DNA of 64,000 nucleotides from a virus (taxonomy: Duplodnaviria > Caudoviricetes). The position numbers and the translations under genes were made by a program. Position 1 is the stretch's first letter, and the number at the start of each line of letters is the position of its first letter. The notes beneath the pieces were generated by a model. It saw nothing but the letters and a program-made list of their open reading frames with translations, was not told where the DNA came from and did no database searches. This document shows, piece after piece, positions 56,375-64,000 of the stretch. The stretch spans positions 45,909 to 109,908 of IMG/VR virus record IMGVR_UViG_2576861548_000003, one strand, 5' to 3'.

Positions 56375-57840
56375 AAGTTTCAATCAATCAGGTAAAGATT
56401 AACCGCGTTGGCATTAACACGGCTCAGGTTAGGGGAATACGTCTTGGATCAGCTTCAAAGGGAGGGCAAACTTCTCCTTTTCACCCGTCCCTTGTAGATT
56501 ATTGGAACTTTAAAGGTAAGAGCAATTTTGATAAAGATAGGAATACTATCAAGGGAATAAAAGGTGAATTATTGACCGCGTATAACTTCGGTTGGAGCTT
56601 AGGCAGTGGTTATGGGTTATTTAAGGAGAATTACCTAACTTATAATAAAGCGCAGAATGTATTCGTAACGGATGATCATTCTGTTACGATAATGAACTTT
56701 GTTCCGGCCAATAATTGGATACTTTCAAAATACGGGAATAGTCAATTAAATGCTACAAGAATAAGAGTGACAGGACTTACAGCCAATAACCAACTTGCTT
56801 ATGGGTATTCACCTACTAATGATGGAGCAAGAGTCTTAATGGCAATTCCCTCAGATGGAGAATATGATTTACCTAAGAGTGTAGTTAATACTCAAACTTA
56901 TAGTGTTGGTTTCATTGTACAGAACGCCTTATCTCAAAATGTAACTATACAGCAAATTCCAGAATATGAAGGAGCAATAGTTACGGATGGCGTTGACGAT
57001 TATCTGAAACTTGATAAGGTAGGATATAAGATAGGAACTGTTATAGTTAAATATGTCCCTATTTCAATACATGGAGTATGGAATACTGTATTTGATACTT
57101 ATAATGACGTTTATGTTGATAAATGTGTTATGTTCTATAATAATACCCTTGAAAATTGGGGTTCTACTATGAACAGAAAAATTATAAATGATTATTCTGC
57201 ATTTGTTAGCGATACTCCTAAAAATGTAGATGTGCCTTTATATCTTGCAGCAAGGTATGAAAATACAGTTAGAGATTATCTTTCTATGGCTCTATATGAA
57301 ATGGCTATTTATAGCGAGATACTCACTGCTGAAGAAATTCAGAAAGAAATCAACGTCATGAAATATGGTACTCCAAATCCAGTGTTTGCATTGAACTTTG
57401 ATAACTTTGCATATAAAGCCGTTGATTATCCTGAATTTGCCAGTGGCGAAGCTACAACAAATAAAATTGTTGTATATAGCACAGCTGAAACCTTTAACGG
57501 TGCTATTGCGGTAGCTATGAATCCCGAAGCAGATACAGGAGACCCTATTGAAGTACCGTCTTACAAAATAAAAGTCACAGGGCTTAATCAGTATAGCGTT
57601 GGTGAAGGTAATTGGGCAGTTGGATTAATGGGAATGATGATTGATTCAACTAAAGACCCTTGGACTTATCCTATATCTAAAGATGGAGTTTACGATATAC
57701 CGGCAATTTCATTGAGTGATGGGATTTATAATTTAGGAATAATGGCTCAAATCGCAATTGACAATCCTATTGAGATAGAAGTCCTCTACGATAAGAATAT
57801 CACAAAGAGCTTCCCGGAGAACAAACAAATATTCCCTTAA
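56371..57840 (+). CDS. Beta-rich, LamG/lectin-like putative virion or surface protein
   Basis: TDGVDDY and MAIYSEILTAEEI LamG-like motifs; repeated VTGL..DG.YD.P module. Confidence 0.55.
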   Translation: MKVSINQVKINRVGINTAQVRGIRLGSASKGGQTSPFHPSLVDYWNFKGKSNFDKDRNTIKGIKGELLTAYNFGWSLGSGYGLFKENYLTYNKAQNVFVTDDHSVTIMNFVPANNWILSKYGNSQLNATRIRVTGLTANNQLAYGYSPTNDGARVLMAIPSDGEYDLPKSVVNTQTYSVGFIVQNALSQNVTIQQIPEYEGAIVTDGVDDYLKLDKVGYKIGTVIVKYVPISIHGVWNTVFDTYNDVYVDKCVMFYNNTLENWGSTMNRKIINDYSAFVSDTPKNVDVPLYLAARYENTVRDYLSMALYEMAIYSEILTAEEIQKEINVMKYGTPNPVFALNFDNFAYKAVDYPEFASGEATTNKIVVYSTAETFNGAIAVAMNPEADTGDPIEVPSYKIKVTGLNQYSVGEGNWAVGLMGMMIDSTKDPWTYPISKDGVYDIPAISLSDGIYNLGIMAQIAIDNPIEIEVLYDKNITKSFPENKQIFP

Positions 57841-57856
57841 AGTTAATAAGAAAATT

Positions 57857-58084
57857 ATGAAATACGTAATTGTAACAGTAGAATGGTGCCTGAATCACGG
57901 TGTTGTGGTACCGGCACAAGCAAGAAGATCTGTTGACGGATTGAAAGTTATCCTGCATGAAGATTATATCGATCCCGTCTTGAGAGAAGAGGATGACATG
58001 ACCGCGTACCGGCATGATTCGTCCGAGTTAAGGAATATATTGAGTGGTCCTGAGTGGACGGTTCCGCAAGAGGGGGTATTATGA
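57857..58084 (+). CDS. Hypothetical protein
   Basis: 75 aa, coupled. Confidence 0.6.
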   Translation: MKYVIVTVEWCLNHGVVVPAQARRSVDGLKVILHEDYIDPVLREEDDMTAYRHDSSELRNILSGPEWTVPQEGVL

Positions 58085-58467
58085 AACGGTTGACATGTAT
58101 CGTCTTGCTGATGTCGGCAATGTGTTTAGCCGGATGTAGGACAACTCAATACGTACCGGTTGAAACTATTAAGACTGAGTATAAGACAAGAGATAGTATT
58201 CGTCATGATAGCATCTATCAGCGTGACAGTATTTATGTAATAGACAGGGGTGATACAGTGTATACTTATAAAGATCGGTATCTATATAAGTATTTATATC
58301 TTAACCGTATTGATACCGTGATTAAGACGGACAGTGTTCAGATACCTTATCCGGTTGAAAAGGCGTTGACCAGATGGCAGAAGGCAAAGATAGAACTTGG
58401 CGGATGGGCATTTGGCGTACTTATAATGTTAGCTATTGTGTTAATAATTAGATTACTCAAGAATTAA
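58081..58467 (+). CDS. Lipoprotein with C-terminal TM helix (unimolecular-spanin architecture)
   Basis: CLAG-C lipobox, DSI/DTV beta repeats, C-terminal GGWAFGVLIMLAIVLII. Confidence 0.6.
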   Translation: MKRLTCIVLLMSAMCLAGCRTTQYVPVETIKTEYKTRDSIRHDSIYQRDSIYVIDRGDTVYTYKDRYLYKYLYLNRIDTVIKTDSVQIPYPVEKALTRWQKAKIELGGWAFGVLIMLAIVLIIRLLKN

Positions 58468-58654
58468 CCGGCTAATATCTTCACAGACCTCACCGGTATG
58501 AAAAGTTTAAGTGTAACAATAACAAAAAAAGTATATAAGATGTTCAATAAAGGGAGGGAAAATATGGTATAAATAGACTCTAATTTGTACACCGGTAAAG
58601 TAGAAGGCCGGTTATCTTACAAACGTGCTCTTTTGGGGGAAGAGTTAAAAGAAC

Positions 58655-58800
58655 CCCCGACACTGAAAGTTGACGCCAATCAAACTTTTAAACATACAAA
58701 AGCATGCATAGATAGTGCCAGGGGTATAATGTCCTTAACATTTCTATACATGCTTTTGTTCTTTCAATAACCGTAAGTTTGATTGGCAAGGGCAAAAGTA
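58655..58800 (-). ncRNA. Candidate long-hairpin RNA with its own minus-strand promoter
   Basis: GCCAATCAAACTT/AAGTTTGATTGGC and ACAAAAGCATG/CATGCTTTTGT nested IRs; TACTTTTG on the minus strand at 58793-58800. Confidence 0.5.
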
Positions 58801-58820
58801 CAACAAAAAATTAAATTACT

Positions 58821-59117
58821 ATGTGTAAGTCAGAGATTTTTGCCGAGATTCTAAATATTGTTGGAAAAGAAACTGAAGTTTCTACTGAATTGATCCTTTC
58901 ATCAAGTAAAGTTACTGAAGTTGTTGACGCCCGTTCTATTGTAGTATTCTTCCTCACTGAATACGGGCTATACCCTGAACAAATAGCGACTTTTCTTCAC
59001 AAGACATCCGCTAGTATCCGTTACCTTATATCTACTTTCGAAAGCCGTAAACTGGCAAACAAAATGATTGCAATATATCTGCAAAATATTCGCAAATCGC
59101 TTGAAAATGAGCTCTGA
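58821..59117 (+). CDS. HTH protein resembling DnaA domain IV
   Basis: ILSSSK..EVVDARSIVVFFL..GL..EQIATFLHKTSASI. Confidence 0.65.
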   Translation: MCKSEIFAEILNIVGKETEVSTELILSSSKVTEVVDARSIVVFFLTEYGLYPEQIATFLHKTSASIRYLISTFESRKLANKMIAIYLQNIRKSLENEL

Positions 59118-59186
59118 TTTACGCAGTTCCTATTATATACTTTTGTGGTGCGGTTAATATTGACCGTGTTATAATTGTATATTAAT

Positions 59187-60170
59187 ATGAGTGAAACAAA
59201 GACTTACGTTTTCCCGGAGTCAGGCGGGAACGGTGGTGGTAGTGGAATGATGGCTATGCTTGCTCCACTATTGCAACAGAAAGGTATTGATCCGAACTTG
59301 TTGGTTGCTATGCAAGGAAAGAACAACAGCGGATTTGGCGGAGATGGATCATGGTTCCTTTGGATAATCTTCCTGTTCTTCCTGTTCCCATTGTTTGGAC
59401 GCAATGGCTGGGGAAATAATGGAGATGGCGGAAACGGTGGCGGATTTGCTGGAGCCGGTATCCCTAACTTAATTAACAACGATGCAGGAAGGGAGTTACT
59501 TATGAGTGCAATTCAGGGGAACGGACAGGCAATCAACAATCTGGCTACTAATTTAAACTGTTCAATCGGTCAGGTTCAGAATGCTATCAATGGGGTGATG
59601 TCACAGGTGCAACAGGTAGGAAATCAGGTTGGTCAAAGCTCAATGCAGATTATCAATGCTATCCAGCAGGGTAACTGTCAGATCGCTCAACAGATTGCTT
59701 CATGCTGCTGCGAAAACCGTCTGGCGATCTGTCAGCAAACGAACACATTGCAAAATGCCATTAACGGTGTTGCGACTGGTCAGGAAAGAGGCTTTGCTTC
59801 TGTTGCATATGAAACTCAACGTCAGACTTGTGATCTGCAAAATTCCATCAAGGATAGCACACAACAGATTCTTGCCGGCCAGCGTGCAGCTGAAATGCGC
59901 GAAATGCAGAACAAGATTGATAAACTTCGTGAGGAGAATAGCACATTTAAAAGTTCTGCCATGACCTCTCAGATCGTCGGACAGGCAACGGCTCCTCTTG
60001 GTGCAGCTTTAAATGATTTGAGTTCTCGTCTTGCGAAAATCGAATGTAACCAGCCGGAAGTAGCGAAGGTGCCTTATAGTCCGGTTGTAGGGATTCCTTC
60101 TTGCGTTGCAGCTCAGTATGGTCTTTACAATGGTATTGGAGCATGGGGCAATTTTAATGGTTGGGGATAA
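59187..60170 (+). CDS. Gly-rich membrane protein with long N/Q-rich coiled coil and CCC motif
   Basis: GFGGDGSWFLWIIFLFFLF TM, heptads, ASCCCENR; TACTTTTG promoter at 59138. Confidence 0.8.
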   Translation: MSETKTYVFPESGGNGGGSGMMAMLAPLLQQKGIDPNLLVAMQGKNNSGFGGDGSWFLWIIFLFFLFPLFGRNGWGNNGDGGNGGGFAGAGIPNLINNDAGRELLMSAIQGNGQAINNLATNLNCSIGQVQNAINGVMSQVQQVGNQVGQSSMQIINAIQQGNCQIAQQIASCCCENRLAICQQTNTLQNAINGVATGQERGFASVAYETQRQTCDLQNSIKDSTQQILAGQRAAEMREMQNKIDKLREENSTFKSSAMTSQIVGQATAPLGAALNDLSSRLAKIECNQPEVAKVPYSPVVGIPSCVAAQYGLYNGIGAWGNFNGWG

Positions 60171-60187
60171 AAGGAAGGAGGCATTAT

Positions 60188-60532
60188 ATGGCATTCATTA
60201 GTCCTTTTATCATGGCAAATAAGAATGGTATTCCAAGATTGGAAAGTACAGGTGTTACCGTAGGTACTACCAACGTACGTTTCTCTTTTCGGAATCATCC
60301 GTTCCTTTCTGCTCCATTTAGCGGATTGATTCTGTTCCGTTTGGCACAGCCGATCCCTTCCGGTACTACCGGTACATTGCCGGTAGTTTTTGATACCAAC
60401 GGTGCTACTCAAGCACTGACTACGATTGCCGGCGCAGATGTTACTGCTTCGGATATTACCGGTACCGGAATTTATCTGTGCTACTACGAATCAGGTAGCA
60501 ACACATTGCAAATTCTTACCGGAGTAGTTTAA
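60188..60532 (+). CDS. Thr/Gly-rich beta protein
   Basis: 114 aa in operon. Confidence 0.7.
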   Translation: MAFISPFIMANKNGIPRLESTGVTVGTTNVRFSFRNHPFLSAPFSGLILFRLAQPIPSGTTGTLPVVFDTNGATQALTTIAGADVTASDITGTGIYLCYYESGSNTLQILTGVV

Positions 60533-60577
60533 AACAATGGGCGGGAGTAATCCCGCTCCTTAAAGAGTTTATTGATT

Positions 60578-61111
60578 ATGCCTTTTCAGAATCTAAGAGT
60601 AAATAGTGAGTTTTTCATTTTGCATAGGGATGGTACTCCATATATAGAGGTCGGCTCCGTTTCTGGAGTGTCTAATCCTGTTCCTGAGTTTATGCAGCAA
60701 CCCCTTCCTTATGGACAACCTCCTAAGATGGTGGTTGATATAACTATCAAGGTAGGTGAACAGACTGTTACCTTTCAAAAAATACCTGCCATGTCTGATA
60801 TTGCTGATGCAAATTTTCCAGGTGGAGGTAATATGGTAATATCCGGTTCAAGAGAATCTATGAATGCGGAAGTGGCGGCTATGCGAAATCGTTCTTCTGA
60901 GATATTAGGAAGTGTCGAGCATCATAAGTCTGTGATGGAATCATGTGATAAAATGCTCCAGGTACTTAATCCCGAATTTGCAGAAAGACAGAAGCAGGAA
61001 GCGGAGAACAAAGCGCTTCGGCAAGAACTTAGCGAATTGAAAGCTATGATGGCTGATTTCTTTAAGTCCTCTGAGAAGGCTGCAAGTAGTAACAATTCTA
61101 AAAAACAATAA
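60578..61111 (+). CDS. Hypothetical protein with C-terminal coiled coil
   Basis: 177 aa in operon. Confidence 0.7.
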   Translation: MPFQNLRVNSEFFILHRDGTPYIEVGSVSGVSNPVPEFMQQPLPYGQPPKMVVDITIKVGEQTVTFQKIPAMSDIADANFPGGGNMVISGSRESMNAEVAAMRNRSSEILGSVEHHKSVMESCDKMLQVLNPEFAERQKQEAENKALRQELSELKAMMADFFKSSEKAASSNNSKKQ

Positions 61112-61113
61112 GT

Positions 61114-61401
61114 ATGATGATGATTGAAATTTCCGAAAGCAAGGTCGAGAAAATGTCCGACTACGCTGAAAAGATGCTTCGCTACGGTGGTAAGCTCATG
61201 CAATGCATAGAAGAGCTTTCCGAGGGTGAGGGCATGGGTGAACGCTGGGATGAAGATCGTAGATATGATGACGATCGCTATTTTGACGAAGAAACCATGG
61301 GTGAACGCGGTGGTTATGGCCGAGGTGGTAATTCTAATCGTGGTGGTATGGGTGAAAGACGTGGTGTACGGGGTACCGGACGCTATTCACGCTATCGCTA
61401 A
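61114..61401 (+). CDS. Small protein with MGER repeats and RGG-rich tail
   Basis: MGER x3, RGGYGRGG. Confidence 0.7.
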   Translation: MMMIEISESKVEKMSDYAEKMLRYGGKLMQCIEELSEGEGMGERWDEDRRYDDDRYFDEETMGERGGYGRGGNSNRGGMGERRGVRGTGRYSRYR

Positions 61402-61449
61402 TGTTTAATTAGGGAGTAGTTTATCTGCTCCCTATAACCTTATTAAGTC

Positions 61450-61869
61450 ATGAAAAGAGAACCTCTGGATATAAGAGATAGAAGACCGGAAGAAATGGAA
61501 GTATATCTTTCGCATTTTGGATGGCATTTCAACAAGAAAATGTGTGAATTTGCTGTTTCTTTAATGGAATGGAAGGGTCAGAACGGAGAAAAAGAAAAAC
61601 TGCCTGCGATGTCTAAGGACGAGGTGGACGCACTGTTAACTAAATACGGTGTAACTCTTAAAAATAAGATCGGTTATGACTACGTATATGTAGCTAATAT
61701 GTGCAAAGCCGATTTTCTTAAATCATCTGTTCCGAACGAACAGTATCAAGCATTGTATGTAAAAGACACGATTGATGATCCTGACGCACCTGATGGAACA
61801 ACGATGCGAAGATGGTATGTTACAATGATTGCGGCTGGAATACCTATAGAGTGGGACGAAATGCTTTGA
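61450..61869 (+). CDS. Hypothetical helical protein
   Basis: YVANMCKADF..DDPD..WDEML. Confidence 0.75.
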   Translation: MKREPLDIRDRRPEEMEVYLSHFGWHFNKKMCEFAVSLMEWKGQNGEKEKLPAMSKDEVDALLTKYGVTLKNKIGYDYVYVANMCKADFLKSSVPNEQYQALYVKDTIDDPDAPDGTTMRRWYVTMIAAGIPIEWDEML

Positions 61870-61872
61870 TAA

Positions 61873-62307
61873 ATGATAAGGCAACGGTTTATACTATCCA
61901 AATATGACTGGAACTGCATGGTGTATTACGCAGTAGATACGTATTACACGGAAGAAATATTGGATTATATGCACTCTATCGGCTGCGACGGTAATATGCT
62001 CCGTACTGCGTACGATAACATAAACTCCGGCAACCTGAATACCGGAGTTACTTACTCTAACTTCGGTACCCGGGAAACAGTAATGGTCATTGCTCTCACT
62101 TCTTCACCAAAGGAGTTTGCTAAATCATGGAGGCACGAATGTGGACACATGGCCACCCATATATGTCAGGCTCTCGGCATAGATCCGTACGGTGAGGAAA
62201 TACAGTATATCGGTGATGATATTGTTGAAAAGACGTGGGAATATGCAAAGTCGTTATTATGTGAGTGTGATTGCTGTAAAAACAAGGTCAAACATTTAAT
62301 ACGTTAA
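61873..62307 (+). CDS. HExxH zincin-like metalloprotein
   Basis: WRHECGHM..GEE. Confidence 0.65.
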   Translation: MIRQRFILSKYDWNCMVYYAVDTYYTEEILDYMHSIGCDGNMLRTAYDNINSGNLNTGVTYSNFGTRETVMVIALTSSPKEFAKSWRHECGHMATHICQALGIDPYGEEIQYIGDDIVEKTWEYAKSLLCECDCCKNKVKHLIR

Positions 62308-62310
62308 TTC

Positions 62311-62475
62311 ATGAAAAATAAAGAAATTAAGAAAGCATTGAAGAGCGATACTCCTATTAATAGTATGTATGCTCTTATTCCAGGTGACAGGATGCGCTCT
62401 TTCAAAAAGTTTGCTGCCCGTTTTGGCTTTACTGAAGAACGGATAAAATCAGTTCTTGACAATGAAAAACGATAA
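62311..62475 (+). CDS. Small basic protein (54 aa)
   Basis: Read by hand, coupled to neighbours. Confidence 0.45.
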   Translation: MKNKEIKKALKSDTPINSMYALIPGDRMRSFKKFAARFGFTEERIKSVLDNEKR

Positions 62476-62749
62476 GCTGGACATATTGTTGGAACAAGTC
62501 GAGGATCGGTACCATTCCGATTTTTGTAGACTTCTGTTGGTTATGTTATGGAACGCATAGAAAGGTGGTTATATTGGTTGATTCCTCTTGCGATTATTGT
62601 AAGGGTTGCATCTCTATGTTTGTCTCTGGTTATGTAACTGGGGATTTTTTATATTTTGAGTCACTAAGTATAAAATTGCTTTTCGTAGCAGGTAAATTCG
62701 TGTTTGATCTATCCGATTAGGTGTAAAAAGGCGGCTTTTTAGGCTGCCT

Positions 62750-64000
62750 TTATGTTTTCATCAACATTATATCCGCTTTCATCTCGATATACTCTTTATA
62801 TTTGCTTGGATTGTTAATATAATCAATAACCCTATTTATTGCTATTTCTGCTTGTTTAAACCTGGTTTTTGTATAATATCTAACGACACCTCTTCCTTTG
62901 TCTGAATGAGCTAAACAGTAATCTATTATACTGTCCGGTATTCCAAGATCAAAAGCGTATTGAGCAAACGACTTTCTGGCAGAATAAAAGACTACCTTTT
63001 CCTTTATTCCTAGGTCCTTTGCTAATGTAGCAAGAGAACGGCATGTGTACCTTGAAAAATTGTGATATGAAAATTTATATCCAAAATCCAGTTTTCTTGT
63101 CTTTTTATCTATCCATCTATCTATTATTATCTTTGCTGGTTCTGTGATTGGAAGCAGACAATGTTGTTCAGTTTCTGTTTTGAGTCTTGTTTTAATTCTG
63201 ACATAATCCACTTTGTCATTAATAAAACGAGTATTCATTATATCTATCAAGTTCATTCCCCCAAGATAGAAAGAAAGCATAAATACATCTCTTGCTACAA
63301 TGTATTTTTTCTCTTTGGGGGTACTTTCCCTTATCATGTTAAGACTTTCCAAAGAAATATCAACTTCTCGAACTGGAGATTTAGGAATTTTCTTGTTCAC
63401 AAATGGATGTATATCATACCTTAAATAACCAGAATTAATGTTTCTGTTAATAACAGCTTTTATTTGGGACATCATCATTCCAATTGTTGTGTTTCCGATG
63501 TTTCTTTTAGTCTTCAAATATCGTGAAAACCCTTCAATCATATTAGGGGTTATATCTGACATAGGTATTTCCCCTCTAGTAAACTCCGTAAAGTATCGAC
63601 AGCTCCTTTCGATTAATACAGCATAGCTTTCTCTCCCTTCTGATTTCAGGTCAGTAATGAAATCGCTACAAGCTTTCTGATAAGTAATATTTTGTTTTCC
63701 TTGTGAATCCAATTCAGACACAAGCATGTCTTTGATTTGCTTACAAGAATAAAGTGATTGATGGTTTATTTCATCTAATTTATTTTGTAAATCATTCATC
63801 ATGCTTCTTAGTTTGGTGTTTATGATTGAAGCGTCAGCTCGTTTGACTACTTGCCCATCTTTGAACTGGGATAGATTATCTATAATGAAGCGTGTTACAA
63901 TGTAACATGTTTCTTGCTTATGACAGACAGCTATTCTTATTTTATGTCTTCCGTCCTTTAAAACCTTTGCCTTGAAAATAGTTAATTTAAGAGTTGCCAT
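62750..64000 (-). CDS. Tyrosine recombinase/integrase (arm-binding + SAM-like + catalytic domains)
   Basis: KDGRHKIRIAV arm domain, FMLSFYLGGMNLID, RIKT, YSARKSFA, LAH, YY. Confidence 0.92.
   Translation of the reverse strand: MATLKLTIFKAKVLKDGRHKIRIAVCHKQETCYIVTRFIIDNLSQFKDGQVVKRADASIINTKLRSMMNDLQNKLDEINHQSLYSCKQIKDMLVSELDSQGKQNITYQKACSDFITDLKSEGRESYAVLIERSCRYFTEFTRGEIPMSDITPNMIEGFSRYLKTKRNIGNTTIGMMMSQIKAVINRNINSGYLRYDIHPFVNKKIPKSPVREVDISLESLNMIRESTPKEKKYIVARDVFMLSFYLGGMNLIDIMNTRFINDKVDYVRIKTRLKTETEQHCLLPITEPAKIIIDRWIDKKTRKLDFGYKFSYHNFSRYTCRSLATLAKDLGIKEKVVFYSARKSFAQYAFDLGIPDSIIDYCLAHSDKGRGVVRYYTKTRFKQAEIAINRVIDYINNPSKYKEYIEMKADIMLMKT

Larger units (their letters stand above)
1..64000. mobile_element. 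Temperate siphovirus-type prophage/phage genome segment, probably Bacteroides host
   Basis: Ordered repressor, replication, terminase, portal, capsid, tail, tape measure, holin/endolysin and integrase genes; TAnnTTTG promoters; no host housekeeping genes; att sites not seen. Confidence 0.95.

Noticed and set aside
62640-64000. attL/attR site near the integrase
   Set aside because: No direct repeat shared with the left end was found, and the window stops at the integrase start codon, so boundaries cannot be called

Overview
The whole window is a temperate siphophage (prophage or phage contig), most likely of a Bacteroides-type host (AT-rich, many TAnnTTTG -7 promoter elements). From left to right it contains: a Panacea/PemK-like toxin-antitoxin pair, an XRE repressor switch, and a mosaic early region (DNA methyltransferase, DUF4373-type replication initiator with internal 21-bp iterons, radical SAM, MazG-like, two YopX, two DUF551). 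Next comes a 0.85-kb cluster of atypical tRNAs and structured RNAs, then a coupled GNAT / PLP-racemase / amidoligase-MTase-like-GNAT / ParB operon running directly into the terminase genes. The rest holds the head genes (with a MuF-alarmone-synthetase toxin, immunity and HD hydrolase trio), tail genes with morons, lysis genes, a Gly-rich coiled-coil accessory operon and a tyrosine integrase at the right edge. The best candidates for undescribed systems are: (1) the packaging-linked operon, which looks like an amino-acid-based DNA hypermodification pathway and sits next to non-canonical tRNA-Gly genes; (2) an intergenic array 31 kb from the origin that copies the phage's own replication iterons and precedes a Rep-domain-like/HNH gene; (3) a ~70-nt sRNA complementary to an AGAGCAATG start-codon motif shared by about ten accessory genes. 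All family assignments come from motif recognition by eye; no database searches were run.
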